Assembly (NCBI RefSeq): GCF_006345805.1
Contig: NC_042997.1
Coordinates: 176,886,001-176,950,000 of the forward strand
DNA from: Octopus sinensis
Lineage: Eukaryota
Reading direction: 5' to 3'
DNA length: 64,000 nucleotides
The notes beneath the pieces are model-generated. The model ran no database searches and was not told the DNA's origin. It saw nothing but the letters and a program-made list of their open reading frames with translations. Shown here in pieces: positions 1 through 11,219 of the stretch. A program made the translations under genes and the position numbers. Positions within the stretch are counted from its first letter, which is position 1, and each line of letters opens with the position of its first letter.

Positions 1-614
1 AGAGGGAGGGAGAGAGAGAGAAAAGATAAATAGAGGGAGAAGAAGAGAGAGAAGAAAGAAAAACTGTTCCTAGTATGTACACTATTTATTGGCTCCATAA
101 AAATGAATGGTAAAGTTCACTACAGCAGGATTTGAAGTCAACAGCGCACAGGGAGCCGTAACAAATACCGCAAGGCCCTAACAACTCTGATTCGTTAGGT
201 GTTCATAGCAATAACGATCATTAACTCAAACCGAGAACTTATTTTACGCGTTGTAAGAGTTTTAAATAGAAAAAAAAAGCAGTTTTGTTTCCGAGAAGAA
301 TGGTATTGTTTGATTAAACGCAGAGTTAGCAAGCCTAACGAAAATTACTATACGTTGAAAACAACGGATTTTTGGATTGTCATCCGTTTATTGTATGTGA
401 GAATCTAATAACTGACGCTATCTCATTTAACTATGGGCAAACTTTGCGAAACAATTGCAGTATATAATGGTGTTGAATATGAAGATATTTCACCTTCAGC
501 ATTCATTTATATATTCTTCACAATGGTCTTCAAACGATATACGATATGGTGTTTACATCTGGCATATCATTTCTGAATAATTTTCTATAGTTCAAACATT
601 TTCTGCATCTTTCG

Positions 615-726
<112 letters not shown>

Positions 727-925
727 GTTTGTCTGTCTGTCTGTCATGTATGTATATATGTATGCATGTATGTAAACGTACACACTATACGTTATTTCTA
801 ATTTTGGCTCTAGGCCAACAATTTTGAGGTGGAGGGAAGGCCATTGCATCGATCTTAGTGTTCAACTGGTATTTATTTTATCCGCTCTGATATTATTATT
901 ATTATTATTATTAATATTATTATTG

Positions 926-1477
926 AGTGAGAGAGCAGTGCATGCATCAAAGTGACACTGGGGTAAAATATACGAAGCCCAGTATACCCATCAAGACTAC
1001 CTGTCTGATAAGGGTACACCAGGCACATGCATCACAACCATATGTGCGCAACATGGTGATCACATATCAAGATAAACAGCGCATGACCTTGCAGGTGGGG
1101 CCCAGTTAGAATTTTCTTCTTGTCGAGTAGCCCATCCCTCTCAAAAGGTCCCTGAATAAGGATTATTTAAGGATGTTGAACGAACCACACGTTTCCAAAG
1201 GTGAATTATCAAAACCTCCAATAATTCCTCTCAAACACACGGCTATGATCCCCCCCACTACTTCTGCTCGTGCTCAGAGATGCACATATCGTCAGCCACT
1301 AAGTGACATGCTGAACTGGTTAAGGTCAAACATCTGACAAGCAAATCTGTGGTATTGAGCAGAATATTTGCTGTAACCGATCTTTTATACCAAGACAAAG
1401 CAATGTACATGATAACACTTCCAATCAGTTAAGATCAGAAGCCACGAGAACCACAGCCTGGTACTGCGTTACGGCAC

Positions 1478-1478
<1 letters not shown>
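926..1478 (-). mobile_element. Putative non-autonomous retroposon or LINE 3' UTR between two (ATT)n arrays
   Basis: About 550 bp complex non-coding block bounded by (ATT)n at 890-925 and 1479-1542; on the minus strand it ends in an (AAT)n tail; no ORF recognised. Confidence 0.35.
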
Positions 1479-1542
<64 letters not shown>

Positions 1543-2697
1543 GTGAGGACGCATGTGGTAAGTTGTGGCGTGTGATATACTGTGCACCTGTTCAGTCAAC
1601 ACCTATTTGATGGAGGGAGTGAACTAATGTACGGCACATACATTTGATCACTACAAACAAATCATTTGTGCAGGTCGTTCGGAAAAAGCTGAACGCTTAC
1701 GCGTCGTCTTCAATAAGAGAGTCCATTACACATACATACATGAAGGTGGCTGCCCACTCGTTATCGAGTATGACCATTGCACGAAGCTTAACTGTTAACG
1801 GTGCTGTAGTCGAATGTGACTTTTTAGCCCAGCTAAAGTTCTACAACGTCTTGTGCAGAATTGGCAGCTAAAACCTTTACTGGTAATAGCCGGCTGTAGT
1901 TGTAATTGGACTTCATGTACCTTTGCATGTCGTTTAAGTCCTCCCGCCGAATCACACTCCCTTTCGCAAGCCTGACAGATATGATTAGTATGATGTGTAG
2001 CACCACCACTAGCGGCCTGGTAGTCAATCATCGCTCTCGCTTTATGACTACGAAGATGGCTCTTGAATCCAGCTTTACTGAGGCAGGGTCTTGCACAGAC
2101 ACTGCATATCAGCGTCATAGGAAGACCCCCTACCGTCTAGAAGTGCAACAGTGATGCCCTTCCTGACATCCCTTCTTACTTTCTCATGCGCAACTCGAGA
2201 TTTCTCAAAAGTAGCTGTCCCGTCATGCACGTTCCTTCTCCACCTGCTACGATCAATAGCTATGCCCTCCCATGTGTCAGGTGAGATGCTAGCATCTCTC
2301 AAGGAAGCCTTCAGCAAGTCTTTTATACCTCTTTTTTTGGTTTATGTGGAGGTCGTTCTCCTTTAGCTAACTCTCCATAAAAGAGTTGTTTTGGCATCCT
2401 TGAATCTTTCATCCTGACCAGCTGACCACTCCATCTGAGCCTTTGCCTCAACACAAGAGCTCCTATACTTTCACAACGAGAGCTTTCCAATATCTCAAGA
2501 TCCCTGATGCGGTTCGCCCACTTAATGCCATAGATCCGTCTGAGACACATCTGATGGAAACGTTCCAGTTGTTTAAGGTAGTATCGATATGTGACCCAGG
2601 TCTCGCAGGCATAAAGTAGAGAAGAGAGCACACACGCCTTGTACACCTTTATCTTAGTCTCGCCGAATCCAGAGGCGCCTTTCTAGCCTTTCGAAAT
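1543..2697 (-). mobile_element. 5'-truncated RTE (BovB-like) LINE, 3' end with (TAA)n tail
   Basis: Typical RTE post-RT peptide TKIKVYKACVLSSLLYACETW...LERFHQMCLRRIYGIKW...LRWSGQLVRMKDSRMPKQLFYGEL; 3' UTR 1543-1794 followed by (TAA)n. Confidence 0.92.
1795..2680 (-). pseudogene. RTE ORF C-terminus, frameshifted, ending in three C2H2 zinc fingers
   Basis: ORFs 2323-2646, 2075-2317 and 1795-2118 join through frameshifts near 2320 and 2110; three C-x2-C-x12-H-x3/4-H motifs. Confidence 0.88.
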
Positions 2698-3589
2698 CAT
2701 CACTTTCTTTCCTAATTCTGTATGGAATCATATACATATAAACATCTATCATATACATATATACATACACACATCAAGACGAAACTAGTAAATGCCAAGA
2801 ATTTTCTTGGAAAAATTCCGAGTTTTTGGAGATGGGGTGGTGTCTAAAAAAAAAGCAAACACTGAAAGTGCTAAACTTCCGTAATAACAATATTCTCAGA
2901 GACACTAGATGCCATTATTGCAAATTTACCGCCGCTACAGTTTAATTTTGATGCAAATATTACGTAGCATTAATGTTTTGTGTGTGTGTATGTGTGTAGC
3001 TATTGAGATATAACCCAGTCTACTGCTGTAGTAACTGGACTATATTACATGGACGGTGACGGATATCTTCGTTTCTTGGTTCCCATTATTATGAGTGACA
3101 GATTTCCTATAACGGTCGCTATAATCGTACTCATGGGATAAAATATTCTTGAGAATACGAAAGAGTTTTTCTTTTTTTTTTAACAATTTCTTTTTTGGAA
3201 GAGAGACAGCAAACTTACAACATAATACTGAAGATTAAAATTATAATTAAATGTTCTACAATGTATACCATAACAGTGACACAAAAACAGAGGCAATCAG
3301 AAGGGAAATTTAACTCTTTTATATGTGTTTATATATATCAGATACTACTTGCTTAAGGAATTCATGAATAACAGACAGGTATGTTGAATAGCAGTTGAAG
3401 CTGGAGCCGAAAAACTGGCCATTCAGCTATTATTTATTTATATATATGTTGTAAATCAAGTATTTTATGAATACTGCATATTGGTTTCCTATAGGAAAGT
3501 TGCTGGTTCACTCTTCCCATCTCCCTCTCTCTCTCTCTCTTCTTTTTCTCTTTATTTGTCTTTATGTGTGTGTGTAAGTTATAATAATG

Positions 3590-3835
3590 TTCCTTCTCGA
3601 TCCATACCAGTCTCATAAGGACCGGTTTCCCGGTTTCAGTGGCGTAGAAATTCCCCACCTGGACGGGACGCCGGTCCGTCGCAGGATTACTCATTTTTGC
3701 CAGCTGAGTGGACTGGAGGAACGTAAAAATGAAGTGTTTTGCTCAAGAACACAACGCATCACCCGGTCCAGGAATCGAAACCACAACCTTAGATCATGAA
3801 TTCAATACCCTAACCACTAAGCCACGCGCCTCCAC
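3590..3835 (-). mobile_element. tRNA-derived SINE, family E
   Basis: Minus strand begins GTGGAGGCGCGTGGCTTAGTGGTTAGG (A box) with GTTTCGATTCC (B box), then a body shared with 33460-33700 and 35025-35170. Confidence 0.85.
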
Positions 3836-3879
3836 CGTGTGTGAGTTATACATATGTATAAATCTCACACCTACCGACA

Positions 3880-3956
<77 letters not shown>

Positions 3957-3961
3957 CTATA

Positions 3962-3994
3962 TGTGTGCAGCCCTGTGTGGCTAATAAAGAAACA
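3962..3994 (+). mobile_element. 33-bp extreme 3' end of the same Tx1-like element
   Basis: TGTGTGCAGCCCTGTGTGGCTAATAAAGAAACA matches 4716-4748 and 5408-5440. Confidence 0.8.
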
Positions 3995-4001
3995 TATCTA
4001 T

Positions 4002-4054
<53 letters not shown>

Positions 4055-4748
4055 ATCCTTGTGGCCATGGCGAAAGAATGTATCTGGTGGACGCGTCTGA
4101 AAGGATTGGAGACAAACACTTTCCTCTCTGGTCAATCTCTCATCAACTTCTTCAAGTACCACTTGAAAAGGAAAGTGAGAATAGAGAGGCAAGTTTTGTC
4201 TAGCGAATGTTTTAAAAAAAGATGGGTGAATGTAGCAAGGATGGCACGTATGAATGACGAAGCCACCTTGAGCATAATCCTATGAACCCAGAAATTGAAA
4301 ACAGAGGGTTACCCACTTGCAAACAAATGTGGTAACATATAACAATATTGACCAAGGTTACCGTGGTCTTTTTCGTAGGCTTTTCTTCCCACGGATAAAC
4401 CTTACTTGCTTTCCCCTTTACACCATATATCATAACACTGTGATACACGATCCCTATTGATCGTTCTTTTTTTTCCTCTTCCTCCTTTTTCCCCCTTTTT
4501 TCTTCCTTTTTCATTTCTCTTTTCTTTTGTTCCCTTTCCTTTTCTTTTTCTTTTTTTTATTCTTTTTATTTTTTATTTTATTTTTTATTTTTATTTTTAT
4601 TTATTCTTTTTGTTCTTTTCTTCCCTTTTACGATCCCTCTTGATCGAAAACCTACGCCTCCCCTTTTTTTTTTCATCCCCCAAAAGAAAAGCTCTACCTT
4701 GTAACTTGTCCCATCTGTGTGCAGCCCTGTGTGGCCAATAAAGAAACT
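4055..4748 (+). mobile_element. L1/Tx1-like LINE 3' fragment (ORF2 C-terminus, T-rich 3' UTR, AATAAA)
   Basis: Peptide [18 protein letters not shown]...FFKYHLKRKVRIERQVLSSECFKKRW...IIL* (4055-4285) fits the L1/Tx1 ORF2p C-terminal pattern; AATAAA at 4737-4742. Clade call is from pattern recognition only. Confidence 0.6.
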
Positions 4749-4760
4749 TATCTATCTATA

Positions 4761-4804
<44 letters not shown>

Positions 4805-4805
4805 A

Positions 4806-4836
<31 letters not shown>

Positions 4837-4845
4837 TGTCGTCTG

Positions 4846-4908
<63 letters not shown>

Positions 4909-4976
4909 GTTGTCTATCTATCTATCTATCTATCTATCGTCTATCTTCTATCTATCTATCTACTATCTGTCGTCTG

Positions 4977-5013
<37 letters not shown>

Positions 5014-5025
5014 TCTATCTATCTA

Positions 5026-5081
<56 letters not shown>

Positions 5082-5124
5082 TCTATCTACTATCTATCTG
5101 TCTGTCTGTCTGTCTGTCTGTCTA

Positions 5125-5185
<61 letters not shown>

Positions 5186-5261
5186 GTCTATCTATCTATC
5201 TCTATCTATCTATCTATCTATTCTCTATCTATCTATCTATCATCTATCATCTATCTATCTA

Positions 5262-5306
<45 letters not shown>

Positions 5307-5440
5307 CCTTTTACGATCCCTTTTGATCGAACCTCCCCCTTCCTTTTTTTTTTTTTTTTTTTTTTAATACCTCAAAAGAAAAGCTCTACCTTGTAATTTG
5401 TTCTATCTGTGTGCAGCCCTGTGTGGCTAATAAAAAAACA
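5307..5440 (+). mobile_element. 134-bp 3' end of the same Tx1-like element
   Basis: Aligns with 4622-4748 (CCTTTTACGATCCC...CAAAAGAAAAGCTCTACCTTGTAA...AATAAA) with several substitutions. Confidence 0.85.
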
Positions 5441-5544
<104 letters not shown>

Positions 5545-5693
5545 GTGTTTGTGTGTGTGTGCGTGCTACCGTATGTGTTTAGGCGGTTCACCCCCACTGC
5601 GTGGAATCTTGGGGACGCGTCTGCTACTATATGCCCGGGTTGATCAAGTCCTTTGAGTGAGTTCGGTAGATGAAAACTGAAAGAGGCTCGTCG

Positions 5694-5724
<31 letters not shown>

Positions 5725-5834
5725 AGTATAATATTTGAAAGAAAGATCTGCCGCATTTTTGTCGCAGTAAAATAAGCCTTACTCTATAGGGTAAAGAATT
5801 TTTATTATATATATATATATATATATAGAATGTG

Positions 5835-6060
5835 GGCTCGAAACGTAAAAGGCTTTTTCAATTCCTGAGCGTTATACTAATACATCTGTTTGTACAAAAC
5901 AAACAGATGTATTAGTATAACGCTCAGGAATTGAAAAAGCCTTTTACGTTTCGAGCCTACGCTCTTCTACAGAAAGGGACACAGAAAATTACAATAGAGA
6001 AAAAAATGTGTGTAGTGGCTACCGATCTATCATGGGGACTGCCGGACAGAAGGGTCACAT
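5835..6060 (-). mobile_element. Short Penelope-like hammerhead element (family F) with fold-back arm
   Basis: Reverse complement matches 24350-24455; 59-bp perfect inverted repeat 5835-5893/5899-5957. Confidence 0.75.
5940..5977 (-). ncRNA. Minimal type I hammerhead ribozyme motif, variant core CUGUAGA
   Basis: CCTTT-CTGTAGA-A-GAGC-GTAG-GCTC-GAAAC-GTA-AAAGG: 5-bp stem I, 4-bp stem II, ACGT palindromic stem III. Confidence 0.65.
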
Positions 6061-6119
6061 GCGTGTGCGTGTGCGTGAGCGTGTGCGTGTGTGTGTGTGT
6101 GTATGTGTATACTAGAGGT

Positions 6120-6157
<38 letters not shown>

Positions 6158-6313
6158 TATATCCCCGTCACTTAGCGGTTCAGCAAAAGTCACCGATAGA
6201 ATAAGTACTAGGCTTACAAAGACTAAGTCCTGGGGTTGATTTGTTCGACTAAAGGCGATGTTCCAGCATGTCCGCAGTCAAATGGCTGAAACAAATAAAA
6301 GAAAAATAAATAG

Positions 6314-6490
6314 ACGCACTATATAGTCGTCCTTCACTCGTTTATTACTGTTCTTATTCTAACTCATGCCCATTGTCATCTGTGAACCCTTCAGCGACAC
6401 TCTCTGTCCTCGTGTGTGCTCCTCCTCTGCTTAATCCATTCTGTTCTTCTGTGATGTGTATCCGTAAATGTGCATGCGTTTGCGCCTATA

Positions 6491-6529
<39 letters not shown>

Positions 6530-7515
6530 ATGCCTGCGTGTGTATGCATACCCATATCTATGTTTCGCATATGTCTTGTCTGTATATATGGGTTTATACC
6601 CGCTATATTGATGTCATCCTTATCGTCGTTATTCTCTGACCTTCCCTCACACCCGTTCCCTCCTCCTTTACCTTTGCTGCTGCCTTTGACTCCGTCCCCT
6701 GACCCTGTCTTTTGTAACCGTCCCTGTATCTCTCTGTGTTTGTGTGTTCGCCCACGCTGCTGCCTTCGTGGTAGTTGTTGTTGTTGTTACCGTTATTGCT
6801 GTTGTTGTTGTTGATTACATTATTAATGTTGTTGCGGCCGTTTGTGAAGTTACTGTATATGTGTTTGTGTGTTTATGTGAGTTCGCTAATTATGTTGTTT
6901 GTATCCGCGCGCTTTATACAAATTTTTGGTTTTTTGTTTGTTTACCTATTTATCTCTATTTCTTATATTTCTCAGAGATATGTGCACATTTGTCTATTGT
7001 GTGTGTATTACACTGTTTATATCTGTTTTTTTTCCTTCTCACTTCTGTCTTTAGTCGTCATGTTGCGTGGTGTAGTGGTGGTGTTGGTGGTGGGTGTTAT
7101 TGTTCCATTCGTGCTTTCTGTCGAGGCTCGGTCTGTCTATTGCTATGTGTGTAGCCTCTGAAATATGTCTGAGCGTCGTGTCAGTTCTATGTATTGATAA
7201 TACTTTAACCTCTATGTTATTAACCGAGCCTCTATGTTCTGCTTGAGCATTCTGGTAGAGTACTGACGAGCCTTTCTCCTCTTTCTGTTCCCGCCAGTAT
7301 CGCCTATACTCTCCTCTATACTGCGTGCTGTCTCTCCAGTGTAAGTAGTTGTCTTGTTTCTGCACCACCCGTCAGTACACCATAAGCTATATATTATATG
7401 CCTAACCTCACAGTTAACCTGTAGGTTCATCCTAGATACTATACATTGTCGGAAAATGGACATGAGCTAAAATAAGAACAGTAATAAACGAGTGAAGAAT
7501 GGATATATAGTGCGT
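6314..7515 (-). mobile_element. Decayed Penelope-like element fragment with inverted terminal repeat
   Basis: GIY-YIG remnant at 7051-7463; 6314-6358 is the reverse complement of 7471-7515 (about 4 mismatches). Confidence 0.75.
7051..7463 (-). pseudogene. PLE GIY-YIG endonuclease remnant
   Basis: CEVRHIIYSLWC...C...TYTGETARSIEE, then after a frameshift SVLYQNAQAEH...VKVLSIHRTDTTLRHISEATHIAIDRPSLDRKHEW. Confidence 0.75.
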
Positions 7516-7551
7516 GTGTTTATTTGGCAAAAAATATAACCATCCCGAAAT

Positions 7552-7605
<54 letters not shown>

Positions 7606-8404
7606 GTGTGTGTGTGTGTGTGTGGTGTGTGTGTGTGTGTGTGCGTGTATGTGTGAGTGTGACTAAACCATCAAGTGATATGTTATAGATTATGGCAGAA
7701 TGTTACCATCGGTTTCACACCGACATCTTCAGACATGATGACCGGTAGAGTCGTCAATTTTGTGCAATTTTTGTTTTGCAGTTGAAAATTTTACAGATCT
7801 AATTATGTGTATGTATGGGAAATATTGTCAATTAGATGGATTCAATTTTTACATGTTATCTCTTAGTCTGTGAATATGGTATTGTTCCAGGGCAGTAAAT
7901 CGAGAGAAATGGTGGAGTACACCTGAGCACTGTATACAATAAACTCGTTATTACTATCCTACTAAAATAGCTCGTTCAGCTTATAGTGATAGTTTCATGA
8001 TGATTGAAATATTTCTGGGCTGCATCTTCTATTTCATTGTTGTCGAGTGACTGACATACTTTCTATGTATAGAAAATTGATTTTAATTCATTATGGACCA
8101 TTTATAGCATTTGGTTTTGTGTCCAGTATAAGGTTAAGATGATGATGATGATGGTAGTGGTAGTGATGGAGATAATGATGGTGGAGATGACGCTGCAGCT
8201 GTCGTTGTTGCTCGTGTCATTCTTGTTTGTGATGTGTTTGTTGTTGCTGTTGCGAGAGAAATGGCAGCAAAATGGTGGAATCCTTGAAGCATTAAGAAAA
8301 AAAAATGTTTTGCAATATTTTTTACTCTTTACAAACCAAGTGCAAATTTCACTGACGTCAACTTTTTTTTTCATCCTTCGGCGTGGAAACGACATTTCGT
8401 TCGT

Positions 8405-8560
8405 TTTTACGCTCCGAGTTCAAATTCTGACGTGGTCGACTTTGCCTTTCATCCTTTCAGAATCGATAAAATAAGTACCAGTTGAACACTGAGGTCGATG
8501 TAATGGACCTACTGCTTCCCTGAAATTGTTGGCCTTGTGCCAAAATTTGAAACCAATATT
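8405..8560 (+). mobile_element. Old SINE family A copy with tail type 2
   Basis: GAGTTCAAATTC...GTCGACTTTGCCTTTCATCC body plus GGCCTTGTGCCAAAATTTGAAACCAATA tail. Confidence 0.8.
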
Positions 8561-8649
8561 TACATTGTTGATTTAAAATCTGATATATTCTGTAGTACAT
8601 TGTACAGCCGAAATAAAATATACAGACATATGCATACATACGTAATATA

Positions 8650-9145
8650 CAGAGTGCGGTGAATAAACTTGTCTAAATTACGCAAAAATTAAAATAACAC
8701 TGACATCTCAATTTAACATATATATTTATCAAAATTACATAAAAATATCTCGAAATACTAAAGAGTAAATTTATTGTATAAAATTGCCATTGGCTTCAAC
8801 CACAGCCTCCAGACGACTTCGCAATCTCTTGCAACTCTTCTGGACGGTCTCCTTGTTTAAATTGGTGAATGCTACCATAATTCTTGCCTTCAGTTCATCT
8901 TTGGTGTTACAAGGAGTTTTGTTGGTCTTTCATTCAACTACGCCCCACACATCATAATCGAGTGAGTTGCAGTCTAGGGAGTTAGGTGGTCCGATGTGAC
9001 GTGGGTGGGTGACGTGGTCGTAGAAATTTTCTGACAGCCATGACTGGGTTCTTTTGCTTGTGTGGCATGGTACAGAGTCCTGTTGCCAGACATAGGTTTC
9101 TTCCAACAGCCACCCTCTTGACCCAGAGCAGCACCACCGTCCCCA
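8650..9145 (-). mobile_element. Tc1/mariner transposase 3' remnant, DD37D/maT-like
   Basis: YVWQQDSVPCHTSKRTQSWL...PPNSLDCNSLDYDVWGVVE*KTNKTPCNTKDELKARI; the end at 8650 (CAGAGTGCGG) is preceded by TA. Confidence 0.85.
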
Positions 9146-9319
9146 TTTTTTAGGAAGGTAGCCACAAGAAGCCACACACCAGGCATTCCATTTATTTCTC
9201 AGCTCAAAGAGGTGAGCCCCGTTCTTTGCTCGGATCAAAGCATAGAACGCAACTCTCAATATCATCAGCGGAGCCCGACAACATATGTTGGTTCACCCCT
9301 GCCGCAGCATGATAGTTTC

Positions 9320-9590
9320 ACTCTTCCAAACCCTACAACCAGTCTCCTCAGTTGCTCTTCCGAATGCGCCACCAGTGCTATATCATCAGTAAACAACAAC
9401 TGATTCACCTGCCATTTCTCCTCATTTTCTCCCACCATTTGGGTTCCTCTACCAAAGGTTCTATCATTTTCCTGTCTCACGACATCATCCATATATAAAC
9501 TAAACAGCCACGGAGGCCTCACACAACCCTATCTTAACCCCATCTTCACATCAAACCATTCACTTCACAACCACCCTAACTCACGCCCTA
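9320..9590 (-). pseudogene. RTE-type reverse transcriptase fragment
   Basis: EWFDVKMGLR*GCVRPPWLFSLYMDDVV...VNQLLFTDDIALVAHSEEQLRRLV (QGC and FADD-equivalent motifs, mutated). Confidence 0.85.
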
Positions 9591-9845
9591 CTTTCTCTAT
9601 AATATATATATAGCTTATGACGAAACCATGGTATGCTTTGCTTTCTGGCTCTTTAATCATCTCATAATAATGACTTTTATGACTTTCATTACTACCTCAG
9701 TCCATCTAAATGTATATATCTGTCGTTACCTTTCATAAAAAGCCTTTACATTTTTTAAATTTACAATGTGCATTTTCGTTGATTTTTCTTATTTTCCCCT
9801 TACATTTCCACGTGTATTTTACATTTTCTTTTTGTAACATATTTC

Positions 9846-9881
<36 letters not shown>

Positions 9882-10738
9882 CCCCTATTCTCCTTTGGGA
9901 CGCCTCGACTTTTAGGCAATTACAGCAGCAGCAGCAGATTTTATTTGTGGTTTTCTGCCATGTTTTTTAATGGACGTGTTCTTTATCTTAAATTAGAACA
10001 AACAAACATATAGAAAGAAATCGGTGACGAAGACGGACAAACTCTCACAGAGGAAGATTTATAAAGATATACATACAAATCTGCACACAAACACATGTTT
10101 ATATAAGCATATAAATATGTATATTTTGGTGTGTATATATAGGCTTATATATTCGTCCTTAAATGAAGGTAAAATGTTTATTTTATGAAGGCCTTTGGCC
10201 ATATACGGTTTTTGGTGAAACACTGACGTTGGATGGAATATGTAGGATGATTCTCCTCTACGCTAGTGTACAATTCTTTAGTCAATTAGTGTAGCGTAAA
10301 TATCGATTATCTTTCATCCTTTGGAGGAAACGAAAATGAAACATCTCGGTAACCACTTGGGATTAGGAAAAACGTCTAGTGAGTGACTGAAGTGATATAA
10401 CTCTGCTCTTTAACTAGAAACCACACACACACACACGACACAGACACATATGCACACACATATACACGCATATATATTTACTTTGCTCTTTAAGTAGAAA
10501 CTATATATATATATACTTCCTTTAAACTTACGTATACTTATGCGTGTGTAAAATTATGTATTTATGTACATATACATATGGATGTGTGATTGTATGTTTA
10601 TATATATACACACATATATAATACCTGACTTTCTGAAGTTTCAAGTACTTTATGCTCTTTATTTTGTATCTGTGAGTTTTATTCACATGAACAAGGACAT
10701 AGTATGCATATATGTATGTACGTACGTAAGTGTATGCT

Positions 10739-10802
<64 letters not shown>

Positions 10803-11219
10803 ATACACATTTGTATTCATACCTACATATGTGTACGTGCATAAATACATGTAGATATGCAGCAGCACTCTCTACATACTCATATACAGGCACATGTTCA
10901 TACACATACGTCTTTATATACGTACGTACCCACCTACATTCATATCTACCTACACACACACGTGTGTGTGTATGGGGAGCGTATGTATGTACACATACAT
11001 ATTGACACATTTCTATATATATGCAAATGCATTATAGACACATACACACATTTATGCGCTTATAAATTTAGCAACGTAGGGAGACAGTTTGTGGAAATTA
11101 TTGTAAAAGTGCAATATATGTATCTGTGAATTTGCTTTTGTTTTTAATTATTCGAATTATTTACACACAGAAAGAGCTGTTTTTAAGATAGAAATAAAAC
11201 CCAATCTAGAAATTTAAAT

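Larger units (their letters stand above)
5580..6310 (+). mobile_element. SINE family B (head 5580-5693, tail 6160-6310) disrupted within its internal microsatellite
   Basis: Both parts align with the full-length copy at 48421-48909. Confidence 0.7.

Noticed and set aside
4717-5396. Long ORFs of 138-225 aa (YLSI repeats); likewise 13723-14068, 53772-54168, 61182-62527
   Set aside because: Translations of stop-free microsatellites, not genes
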